A stretch of 64,000 nt of DNA from Mobula birostris (lineage: Eukaryota). Of this stretch, positions 53,101-64,000 are shown piece by piece. The stretch is from positions 23,787,825-23,851,824 of the forward strand of contig NC_092393.1 in NCBI RefSeq assembly GCF_030028105.1, written 5' to 3'. How positions within the stretch are numbered: position 1 is the first letter of the stretch; every line of letters starts with the position of its first letter. A program made the position numbers and the translations under genes. A model generated the notes under the pieces. That model had not been told where the DNA came from. It saw only the letters and a list, made by a program, of their open reading frames with translations, and did no database searches.

Positions 53101-53483
53101 GTGCCAGTTATTCATAAATATTCACTTGTTTGATTCACTTGTTTGTATATTAGTACTGGAATCAAAGCTTGTATTGTGAATTTAATTTGGCCCTGAGTAG
53201 GTATAAACCGTTACTGTCCAATTTGCAGTTCTATAGAATGGAGAACGGTTGGCAGAAGATTAAATCCCTAAGGCTGCATCCTACTTACAACCAAGGAGGT
53301 GAACTTGCCTCAAGTAAGGAGTCAGTGATCAGCCGTGAGAAGAATAACATCAAAGAACTCATCAGCCTTTACTCTGAGAAAAGACGTGCTTTCTTGACTC
53401 CATTATATAGCACCCCTAAATGATTAATTGGAAATGCCTCAGCCCATTGTGAATCAATATGGCCTGGGATACCCTTTTAGAAT

Positions 53484-53560
53484 TGGGTTCCCAATCTGGG
53501 GTCCACGGACGCCTTGGTTAATGGTAGGGTACATGGCGCAAAAACAGTTGGGAATTCCTT
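53484..53560. mobile_element. Short hAT-like MITE
   Basis: Inverted ends gggttcccaatct ... agttgggaattcc. Confidence 0.5.
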
Positions 53561-53599
53561 GCTTTTGAAGTTTTAAAATTTGATAGAAAAGAAAATTGA

Positions 53600-53975
53600 T
53601 CACAAATTTTCACCCTGGTCTGGGAAGAGGAGGACATGCCAAAGGACCCAAGATATTTTGTAATCATGCGCCTCTTCAAGAAAGGAGACAAATTCATTTC
53701 CGGTAACGACAGAGGAGTCTCCTCCCTGTTTGCTGTAGAAGATGGCAGCCACCATCTTCCACTGCCTGAAAAACTGCTCTCTGAATAACTTTGTGTATTT
53801 TCTAGATCTGACAGCACAATGGACATGACATTCACCTTGATAAGAACGAGACATGTGGGGAAGATAATCACTGCAAAATACTGCCTTTTTAAAAAACTTT
53901 ATAAAAGTCCTTAAGTCTGTTAATTGAGATGGGTTGTAGAATTTTTTTTCTGAAATTTTTCTACCAAATTTATCT
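53600..53975 (+). mobile_element. RTE LINE RT fragment
   Basis: WEEEDMPKD...FKKGDKFISGNDRGVSSL is a decayed form of the RTE KKGD-x-CGNYRGISLL motif. Confidence 0.7.
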
Positions 53976-54588
53976 TCTTGACTTTTGTTGTGCACCTGCT
54001 TCATAAATTGCTGGACAAAAAAGGCCAGTGGTAGAATGAGTGGAACTTTTTTTCTGCAATAAATTATCTGTAATTAAAAGGGAATTCAGAAAATTAGTTA
54101 ATATAAAAGACAGAATTTTTGTACAAAAACAATAAATGAATGTGCAAAAGTGATTTGAATTGTTACTTGGAAAAAGAGCACTAAACATGCCTAGGAGAGT
54201 TAAATTAGGTATCTTGCATTGAGGAGAATAGGCAATTAACCACATTGCACAGTTGACTAATTCCATGTGAATGCGCAATGAAAACAAAATGGCAGGGATC
54301 TCAGATTTATACAATACAATAGAAGAATTATACAATAGAAGAATAATATCATATGAAAAGCATTTATTACAGATTTGTGTTTTTATCCATGCCTGAGCAA
54401 ACAATTGATTCTGCATTTGAGTGGTATATATTTGTCTGACTTTTCAGGAGGTGACACTAAATGTGTGTTGCAAAAATTAGTATATTTGAAATTTTGCAAT
54501 ATTTGAGTTTTGCTTGATTGATAGATCATTTCATGATTCCTGATATTGTTGTTGGCCGTGGTCTCACTTTTGATATTGTTTTAAACAG

Positions 54589-54740
54589 GCCAAAACAATG
54601 TTTGATGGTGAAATGGCAAGTCTGGAGGCCATTTTGAAAACGAACACTGTTAAAGTGCCACAGCCAATTAAAGTGATCAGTCTGTCAGATGGTGGGTCGA
54701 TGTTTGTTATGGAGCATTTGGATATTCACAGCTTAAACAG
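54589..54740 (+). CDS. FN3KRP: FN3KRP coding exon 2 (152 bp)
   Basis: ttaaacAG acceptor. [50 protein letters not shown](R). AG|GTGGGC donor. Confidence 0.95.
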
Positions 54741-55421
54741 GTGGGCTATAAAAATTGAAACTTAGTTGATTTTTTCTTAACATTATTCCAATCTGATTAA
54801 GGCAATCAGAATCAAAAGAACTGTTTCAGAGTAATTTCATTCCCAATTTGTGTTTTTTTAAAGTAAAAAAGCAATTTCAATTATTAATTTTATTGTGTGT
54901 TACTGCATGTTCCCCAGACTTTATCATGGGTTCAGATATTTCTACTTTCCCTTCTTAGCTTATCCGTTGGAACTTTGCTTCTGGTTACTTGTTTAGAAGA
55001 AGCTGAAATACATTTCACTTCTGCTTTTATATTCTCTCACTTTATGTAGCTGTGGAATGCAACTTTATCCACCCATGTCTACACTATTATTCTGAACCAT
55101 TAGATCTACAGAGCTACACAGTATGAGCCCATGATATAATTGAATCTTTTAATAACGTTAATGAACTGTAATACTGCTAAGCGATTTTCTTTCAAATACA
55201 TGGAATTGTGGTTTTTAGAATTTCAGTTCGGGTTTATTTATCGGCTTTCTTCAGTACACGAGTATGAAGAAGAATGAAATGATTGTTACTCTGGATCCAA
55301 TGCAGCATAAAAAAACAAAATAAGCGTATAAATCACAATATATGTGACAATAAAAGCAATGTTATAAAACACAATGTTCAAGTGACTGGTGAGTGTGGTG
55401 ATATATACATGAGGTTAGCTT

Positions 55422-55639
55422 CACAAACAGGAGAAAATCTGCAGATGCTGGAAATCCAAAGCAACACACACAAAATGCTGGAGGTGCTCAGCAGGCCAGG
55501 CAACAGCTATGGAAAAGAGTAAACAGTGGGCATTTTGGGCAGTCTTGATGAAGGGTCTTGGTTCAAAATGTTGACTGTTTACTCTTTTCCATAGATGCTG
55601 CCTGGACTGCTGAGTTCCTCCAGCATTTTGTGTGTGTTG
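55422..55639. mobile_element. Penelope-derived palindromic element, older subfamily, 14-bp degenerate TSD
   Basis: Inverted arms. TSD catgaggttagctt at 55408-55421 and cataagattagctt at 55640-55653. Core decayed (cttgatgaagggtcttggttcaaaatg). Confidence 0.85.
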
Positions 55640-56219
55640 CATAAGATTAGCTTATATACACAGACTGAATGCACGTACATAAAGTGATGCTAGCTGCAGG
55701 AGTATCTAAGTATAAGGTGACTCTGACAAGAAATGATAATGTGACTCTTGGGACAGGGAACTCTTCTAGGTAGTAGGAGGGCATATGAAAATATAGGACA
55801 GTGACTGTCAGTGTAGGTATTAGGCATGGAGAGTAATCGTAAAATGGCAGTGCATGGGGTTTGACGGATGCTGAGGGGCTGTGGAGAAGAGTAGCTGATG
55901 TGGATGGGGTGGTGGTGGGGGTTGCTAATAGTTGGAGGTGTTGATCAGCCTGACATCTTGGGGGAATTAACTATTTTTGAGTGATCAGCTCTTTACAACT
56001 TAATGATCTTTTTTTGTCTAAGTCTTAAATTCCACTGAAGGATTCTTAACCTAAAATGTTTACCATTTTTCTTGCTCCTTAGATGTTGCCTTGATGTGCT
56101 GAATATCTTCAGAATTTTTTGTTTGTATTTTTCTGTATGAGGTTTTAATTTCGTATCAGTCATCATAAAAATGTTCAGAGGAATGGAAAAAATATCTAAA
56201 CTGTACGGTATTATAAACT

Positions 56220-57140
56220 TAGAACACAAGATTATGGGAAAATAGGAGGAATATGTTATTTGGCCCTTCAAACCTGTCCCACCTTTTAAAATGATCATTG
56301 ATGATCTAAACTGGCATCGACTCTCTTTGTGTCATTTTTCCATAAGCTTCTGTTCCTTCATGTATCCAACTCCTCTTTAAATATTTCTGATGTTCCAAAT
56401 TCCACCACCATCTAAGTAAGAGAATTCCAGAAATTTACCATTCTTTATGAAAACAAATATCTATGTGTCTCAGTTTAAAATGACTGGCCCTTTCTTATTA
56501 TGTCTCTTTGTTTGACACTGTCCCACTTCTGAAAAGATTACAACAGCTACCCTGTCAGGTTCCCTTAGGATCTTGTATGTTTAAATAAGATCACCCCTCA
56601 TTCCCCTAAACTTCAAGGAATATGGGCCCAAACTATTTGGTCTTCCTGGCAAATGAGAAAATCTGCAGATGCTGGAATCCAAGCAACACATACAAAATGC
56701 TGGAGGAACTCAGCAGACCAGGCAGCTTCTGTGGAAAAGGTGCTGAGATCCTCTAGCATCTTGTTTGTGTTGCTCGTCTCCCTTGGTTAGGCGACCCTCT
56801 AATTCCAATCTCCTTTGCACTCATTCCAGTGTTATCCTTTCATTCAATAAGGAGATCAAATTGCTACACAGTATTCCAGGTTAGGCCTCTCCAACACCCT
56901 GGACAATTTTTGTAACGCCTCCCCATCTTTAAACTCCAACCCCTTTGCAGTACAGGCCAAAATGCCCTTTGCCTTCAGAACTACTTGCTGGATCTGCACG
57001 CTAGCTTTTTATGACTCATGCACTAGGACAGCTTGATCCTTCCGTTCTTCACTCACAGTCAGTCTCTTTCCATTTTGATCATTTCTCTTTTTGATTTACT
57101 GTGTCCTACCAAAGTGCATGATTCCCACTTTCCCACTTGA
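56220..57140 (-). mobile_element. Old CR1 3' fragment containing a collapsed Penelope palindrome (56650-56773)
   Basis: agatcacccctcatt and cacagtattccagg blocks. The insert reads gagaaaatctgcagatgctgg...tgtgttgc. Confidence 0.7.
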
Positions 57141-57538
57141 AAGTTATTTCCCATGGTAGAGATATGGCAGAGTTATTTCCCATGGTGTGGGAGTCTTGGA
57201 CAAGAGGGCACAACTTCAGGACTGAAGGACATCCATTTAGAACAGAGATGCGGAGAAATTACTTTAGTCAGTGGGTGGTAAATCTATGGAATTTGCTGCC
57301 ACGAGTGGTTGTGGAGGCCAAGTCATTGAATGTATTTAAGACAGAGATAGATTCTTGATTAGCCAGGTCATCAAAGGGTATGGGGAGAAGGCAGGGGAGT
57401 ATGGATGACTGGAAGAATTGGATCAGCCTATGATTGAATGGTGGAGCAGACTGATGGGCCAAATGGCCCACTTCTCCTATATCTTATAAAAGTTGCTGGT
57501 GAACACAGCAGGCCAGGCAGCATCTCTAGGAAGAGGTG

Positions 57539-57576
57539 CAGTCGACGTTTCAGGCCGAGACCCTTCGTCAGGACTA
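57539..57576 (-). ncRNA. Minimal type I hammerhead ribozyme motif, best-preserved copy
   Basis: Minus strand TAGTC-CTGACGA-AGG-GTCTCGG-CCT-GAAA-CGTC^GACTG: intact core, stem I UAGUC/GACUG, stem II AGG/CCU, ACGU stem III, GUC cleavage triplet. Confidence 0.8.
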
Positions 57577-57603
57577 ACTGCAGGAAGAATATCTTCCTTC
57601 AGT

Positions 57604-57641
57604 TAGCCCTGACGAAGGGTCTCGGCCTGAAACGTCGACTG
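57604..57641 (+). ncRNA. Minimal hammerhead motif on the opposite arm (one stem I mismatch)
   Basis: TAGCC-CTGACGA-AGG-GTCTCGG-CCT-GAAA-CGTC-GACTG. Confidence 0.7.
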
Positions 57642-58966
57642 CACCTCTTCCTAGAGATGCTGCCTGGCCTGCTGCGTTCACCAGCAACTTTTATGTGTGT
57701 TGCTTGAATTTCCAGCATCTGCAGAATTCCTGTTGTCTCCTATATCTTATGGTCTTATGGAAACTTCATTTTCCTTTTTTGCCCACTCACTCAGTTTGTC
57801 CTCAGTCAGTTGCAGAATTGTGTTATCTTTACCACACCATGCCCTTCCAGCTATTTTCATATCACCAGCAAATTTTGAAACCTTGCATACTGTTCCTTCC
57901 TCCAGGTCATTAATTTAAATAGTGTACAATTGTGGGCCAAGAGCTGATTCCTGCAATGGTTACACCCTTACATTCTGAAAAGGGCCCATTTATTATAACC
58001 CTTATATTTTCTCTGTGACAAGCAGTTTCCACTCCATTGAAACAGCCGCCTTCTGATTCTTGACTAAGCCTTTTTGAAATCTAAATACATTTTATCTGCA
58101 GATTCTCCTCAAAAGTTAGGAGCAAACTTCACTTACTTTTATAAAACTATGTTGATGAGGTTTAATTATATTCAGCTTTCCTAAAAGATCAAGTTTTTTC
58201 TTATTTGATTATTACTTGATCATTTACAGTTTAAACAAACTGGCCTTTAGGTTTCTGTCCTCTGTCTTTCTCCTCCTTTTGAGCAAGGGAGTCACATTGA
58301 CTATTTTCCAATCTTCTGGTAAAAATTTCAATCAGTGCATTATGGAATTAGTGTATTTGGTCTGTAGTGACTTAATTATACATTGTGGGCAACAATCAAA
58401 TCAGAAAATGCTCAACAGGTCATGCAGATTTATTGTAAGAAAAACAATATTTAATTTTCAGACCAAAGCCTCCTCACCAAAAACTGCCTGAGTATTTTCT
58501 GCTTTTATACAGTGACCTGCATTTCAGACTTCTCAGTTTCTGCAAGTTTTGATTTGATTGTGGAACAGTAGTTTGGTTTGCAATTGGGGATCTGTGGATC
58601 AGGTTGCAGGTCAAGCCTGGAGTTCTGTGTTGGACAAACTGGGAGCTAAAAGCAAAAAAGTTGGTTCATTTTCCTCTTGCCTTGGAATTGGATGCATAGT
58701 TCTTGAGATTATAATTGAAAATCTTAAGTTTATGTGTGGTAGTATAAAGGACACACCATGGTTAATGGAAATTCTAAAATCATTTTAGATATTTTTACAT
58801 GATTTGTCAAGCCATGTAAATAATGCCAAAAAGATAGTCAATGTGGATGACAATTGATTTGCCACATGGAAGGTCCAAGGTGGAATTAAATATTACTCCT
58901 TGGTTTATTTATGTCAAAAGCTGTTGGAAAAGATGCCTGTGTTCAGTTCTGATGTTTCTTCTCTAG

Positions 58967-59058
58967 ATACATGGCTAAACTAGGAGAGCAACTGGCAGAT
59001 CTGCATCTTCATAATGCAAAACTTAACGAGCAGCAACAAAGAGATGCGCAGACTGTTG
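58967..59058 (+). CDS. FN3KRP: FN3KRP coding exon 3 (92 bp); gene continues beyond the window
   Basis: ttcttctctAG acceptor. (R)YMAKLGEQLADLHLHNAKLNEQQQRDAQTV(G) carries the family LGxQLADLH motif. G|GTAAGG donor. Confidence 0.93.
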
Positions 59059-59649
59059 GTAAGGTACCAATGTTTACTCAGAACTTGGTCATTTGTAATT
59101 GGCTTTAGCATGATGAATTTTGCAACTTGGGATTCTAAATCTTCGGAACTTAAGGATTAAATCAGTTAAACTTTGGAGAAGTCTTACTCTTTTTGAATTA
59201 CAATTTTAGTTGTAAAGGATTCAGATGCCCTGAAAAATGCTGATCTCTTTATGAAAAAGTACACACTGTACCTTTAAGCGCATAGGATTTATTGATTCAT
59301 CTGAGGAATTATCTGATAAAATAGTGTAATTGTATTGTACTGTGAAATACTGTAATTTACCATTGAACTGTCAAGGAATTGGTAATGAAGCATTAAGGTA
59401 GATGAAACCTTGTGAATCTTTTGCAGAGCAGACTCAATGGGCCAAACGGCCTACTTCTGCTCCTATATCTTATGGTCTTATATAGGTTACCACTTTTTGC
59501 TACCTTCTGAAACTGAGCAGTACTGAAGATGAGCAGTTTCTAGTTCCTGGGTGTTAGCCTCTCTGAAAATCTATCCCAAGTTCATCATATTGGTGCAATT
59601 ACAAAGAAGGCACGTCAGCGGCTATATTTCACTAAGAATTTGAGGACAC

Positions 59650-60653
59650 ATCTAATATCCCTCTGCCCTTTCTCGATCTCTCAGTCTCCATCTCTGAGAC
59701 AAACAGTCTACTGACATCTTTTATAAACCTACCGATTCCTACAGCTATCTTGACTATACTCTTTCCCACCCTGCTTCCTGTAAAAATGCAGTTTTCTTTT
59801 CTCAGTTCCCTCGTCTCCACCCCACCTGTTCCCACGAAGAGGCTTTCCTTTCCAGGATATCAGAGATGTCCTCCTTCTTCAAAGAATGGGATTTCCCTTC
59901 CTCTACCATTAATACTCCCCTCACTGATATCTCCCCCATTTTTGGACATCCACTGTCACCCCCACCTTCCCACTGCTTGAACGGGGATAGAGTTCCTCTT
60001 GTTCTCACCACTCCATGAGTCAGAGCATCCAGCAGATCATTCTGCAAAACTTTGGCCATCTTCAATGAGATCTTACCACCAAACATATCTTTACTCTTTC
60101 CCTCCCCCCCCACTTTCTGCAGGGATCAATCCCTCCATGATTCCCTTGTCCATTGGTTTCCCCCCCCCCACTCATCTCCCTCCTGGCACATATCCCTGCA
60201 AATGACAGAAATGCTACACCTGTCCATTCGCCTCTTCCCTTAACTCTATTCTGGGCCCCAAAAAGTCCTTCTAGGTGAGGCAGTACTTCACCTGCAAATC
60301 TGTTGGGGTCGTCTACTGTACTGATGCTGCCAGTGCAGCCTCTTTACATTAGTGAGACCCGACGTAAGTTGTGGGACCGCTTTGTTGAGCACCTCCACTC
60401 CATCTGCAAAAAGTGGAATTTCCTAGTGGCCAACTATTTTAATTCTTATCCCAATACCTGTTACACTGTATCTGTCTACAGTCTCCTTATTTGCCACAAT
60501 GAGGCTACTCTCAGGATGGAGGAGCAACACCTCATATTCTGTCTAGGTAGCCTCCAACCTGATGGCATGAACATTGATTTCTCCTGTTTTTTTTTCTATT
60601 CCTCTTCCCTCTTCTTCTTTTCCCTCTCTGGTCTCTTACCTCTTCACTTGCCT
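59650..60653 (+). mobile_element. Penelope-like element ORF remnant (RT C-terminus and GIY-YIG endonuclease)
   Basis: LPFLDLSVSI, YKPTDSYSYLDY, YISETRRKLWDRFVEHL and EEQHLIFCLGSLQPDGMNIDF. Cut at the 3' side by a CR1 insertion. Confidence 0.88.
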
Positions 60654-63600
60654 ATAGTCAATAGACAATAGGTGCAGGAGTAGGTCATTCGGCCCTTTGA
60701 GCCAGCACCACCATTCACTGTGATCATGGCTGATCATCCACTATCAGTATCCAGTTCCTGCCTTATCCCCATAACTTTTGATTCCACTATCTTTAAGAGC
60801 TCTATCCATCTCTTTTTTGAAAGCATCCAGAGACTTGGCCTCCACAGCCTTCTGAGGCAGAGCATTCCATATGTCCACCACGCTCTGGGTGAAAAAGTTT
60901 TTCCTCAACTCCGTTCTAAATGGCTTACCCCTAATTCTTAAACTGTGGCCTCTGGTTCTGGACTCACCCATCAGCGGGAACATGCTTCCTGCCTGCAGCG
61001 TGTCCAATCCCTTAATAATCTTATGTGTTTCAATAAGATCCCCTCTCACCCTTCTAAATTCCAGAGTATACAAGCCCAGTCGCTCCAATCTTTCAATATA
61101 TGGCAGTCCTGCCATCCCGGGAATTAACCTTGTGCACCTACGCTGCACTCCCTCAATAGCAAGAATGTCCTTCTCAAATTTGGAGACCAAAACTGCACAC
61201 AGTACTCCAGGTGTGGTCTCACCAGGGCCCTGTACAGCTGCAGATGGACGTCTTTGCTTTTATACTCCATTCCCCTTGTTATGAAGGCCAACATGCCATT
61301 AGCTTTTTTCACTGCCTGCTGTATTTGCATGCTTGCTTTCAGTGACTGATGTACAAGAACACCTAGATCTCGTTGTGCTTCTCCTTTTCCTAACTTGACT
61401 CCATTTAGATAATAATCTGCCTTCCCATTCTTACCACCAAAGTGGATAACCTCACATTTATCCATGTTAAACTGCATCTGCCATGCATCTGCCCGTTCAC
61501 CCAGCCTGTCCAAGTCACCCTGCATTCTCATAACATCCTCCTCACATTTCACACTGCCTCCCAGCTTTGTGTCATTGGCAAATTTGCTAATGTTACTTTT
61601 AATTCCCTCATCTAAATCATTAATATATATTGTAAACAGCTGCGTCCTAGCACTGAACCCTGCGGTACCCCACTGGTCACCGCCTGCCATTCCGAAAGGG
61701 ACCCGTTAATCACTACTCTTTGTTTTCTGTCAGCCAACCAATTTTCAATCCATGTCAGTATTCTGCCCCCAATACCGTGTGCCCCAATTTTGCCCACTAA
61801 TCTCCTATGTGGGACTTTATCAAAGGCTTTCTGAAAGTCCAGGTACACTGCATCCACTGGCTCTCCCTTGTCCATTTTCATAGTTACATACTCAAAAAAA
61901 ATTCCAGAAGATTAGTCAAGCACGATTTCCCCTTTGTAAATCCATGCTGACTGGGACCAGTCCTGTTACTACTATCCAGATGTGTCGTAATTTCATCTTT
62001 TATAATTGACTCCAGCATCTTTCCCACCACCGACGTCAGGCTAACCAGTCTATAATTCCCTCTTTTCTCTCTTCCTCCCTTCTTGAAGAGAGGGACAACA
62101 TTAGCCACCCTCCAATCCACAGGAACTGATCCTGAAACTATAGAACATTGGAAAATGATTACCAATGCATCCACGATTTCTAAAGCCACCTCCTTAAGTA
62201 CCCTGGGGTGCAGACCATCAGGTCCCGGGGACTTATCAGCCTTCAGACCCAACAGCCTATCCAACACCCTTTCCTGCCTAATATAAATTTCCTTCAATTC
62301 ATCCATTACCCTAGGTCTTTTGGCCACTATTACATCTGGGAGGTTGTTTGTGTCTTCCCTAGTGAAGACAGATCCAAAGTACCTGTTCAACTCGTCTGCC
62401 ATTTCCTTGTTCCCCATAATAAATTCACTCGCTTCTGTCTTCAAGGGCCCAATTTTGGTCTTAACTATTTTTTTCCTTTTCACATACCTAAAGAAGCTTT
62501 TACTATCCTCCTTTATATTCTTGGCTAGTTTACCTTTGTACCTCATTTTTTCTCCATGTATTGCCTTTTTAGTTACCTTCTGTTGCTCTTTTTTCCGGCT
62601 TCCCACTCATATTTGCTATGTTATACTTCTCTTTTATTTTTATACTGTCCATTACTTCCCTTGTCAGCCGCGGCCTCCCTTTATTCCCCTTAGGATCTTT
62701 CTTCCTGTTTGGAACGAACTGATCCTGCACCTTCTGCATTATTCCCAGAAACACTTGCCATTGCTGTTCCACTGTCATCCCTGCTAGGGTATTGTTCCAT
62801 TGAACTGTGGTCAGCTCCTCCCTCATAGCACCATAGTTCCCTTTGTTCAACTGTAATGCTGACACTTCCGAGTTTCCCTTCTCCCTCTCAAATTATAGAT
62901 TAAAACTTCTCATATTATGGTCACTACCTCCTAATGGCTCCTTTACCTCGAGGTCCCTGATCAAATCCGGTTCATTGCACAGCACTAAATTTAGAATTGC
63001 GTTCACTCTGGTAGGCTCCAGTACAAGCTGTTCTAAGAATCCATCTCGGAGGGACTCCACAAACTCCCTTTCTTGGGGTCCAGCACCAACCTGATCCCTC
63101 CAGTCTACCTGCATGTTGAAGTCCCCCATAACAACTGTAACATTACCTTTGCGACATGCCAATTTTAACTCTTGATTCAACTTATACCCTACATCCAGAC
63201 TACTGTTTGGGGGCCTGTCGATAACTCCCATTAGGGTCTTTCTACCCTTAGAATTTAGTTCTATCCATACTGACTCTACGTCTCCTGATTCTATGTCCCC
63301 CCTCGCAAGGGACTGAATATCATTCCTCACCAACAGATATGATGTATACCCTTGAATATTCATTTCCCAGGCCCTGTCCACTTGAAGCCATGTCTCTGTT
63401 ATTCCCACAACATCATACTTACCAATTTCCAACTGTTCCTCAAGCTCATCCAATTTATTTCTTATACTCCGTGCATTCATATACAATATTTTTAATTCAT
63501 TACTCCCCTCACCTCCCATATCAGTTCCTATATCACTTGGCCATACTGTATGATCCCTTCTTGAGCTTTCTGCTCTGTTGATTCTGCTGTCATTCTTAAC

Positions 63601-64000
63601 TTTTCTGATTCTCACTTTCCCTTTATCTCCATCCTTATGTTTCCAGTTCGTCCCCTTCCCCCCCCCCCCCCCCACTACTTAGTTTAAACACACCCGTGTT
63701 GCAGAGGCAAACCTGGCTGCCAGAATGCTGGTGCCCCGCTTATTAAGGTGCAACCCATCCCTTTTGTACAATTCATCCCTACCCCGAAACATACCCCAGT
63801 GGTCCAAGAATGTAAATTCTTGATTCCTGCACCAGTTCTTCAGCCACACATTCAGATCCATTATCTCCCTGTTTTTGACCACTCCAGCCGGGGAACTGGA
63901 AGCAAACCGGAGACAACCACCCTGGAAGTCCTGCTTTTCAGCCTTCTTCTGAGTTCTCTGAAGTCGCGCTGTGGAATGTCTTTCCTCTTCTTCCCCATGT
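60654..64000 (-). mobile_element. Young CR1 LINE: ORF1 esterase C-terminus and nearly complete ORF2 with a few frameshifts; runs off the window
   Basis: RDGLHLN (SGNH esterase), YMNARSIRNK, TETW, MGDFN, SDHN, QHGF, YLDFQKAFD, RPHLEYC and a (TCTATTG)n tail. Confidence 0.96.

Larger units (their letters stand above)
57488..57735. mobile_element. Young Penelope-derived palindromic element with perfect 15-bp TSD
   Basis: Inverted arms of about 100 bp. TSD tctcctatatcttat at 57473-57487 and 57736-57750. Confidence 0.92.
57157..57760 (+). mobile_element. CR1 3' end with (TCTTATGG)n tail, interrupted by a palindromic element
   Basis: TRGHNFR...RTEMRRNYFSQWVVNLWN. Same subfamily as 28285-28650. Confidence 0.9.

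Overview
Repeat-rich vertebrate genomic DNA. The repeat landscape (several CR1 subfamilies, Rex1/Babar, Penelope-like, HERO, Tc1, pogo) suggests a cartilaginous fish such as a ray; this is an inference. Two genes lie head-to-head with start codons about 760 bp apart: RAB40B on the minus strand (coding exons 41087-41228 and 5390-5450, 35.6-kb intron 1) and FN3KRP on the plus strand (coding exons 41986-42126, 54589-54740, 58967-59058). The shared promoter has a ZNF143/THAP11-type ACTACA motif. The introns are packed with nested transposons. The most striking structure is a family of short (~120-250 bp) Penelope-derived palindromic retro-insertions. Several have 13-16 bp target-site duplications, they carry minimal hammerhead-ribozyme motifs, and copy-specific variants are mirrored on both arms. 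Most ORFs in the supplied track are transposon fragments or noise.
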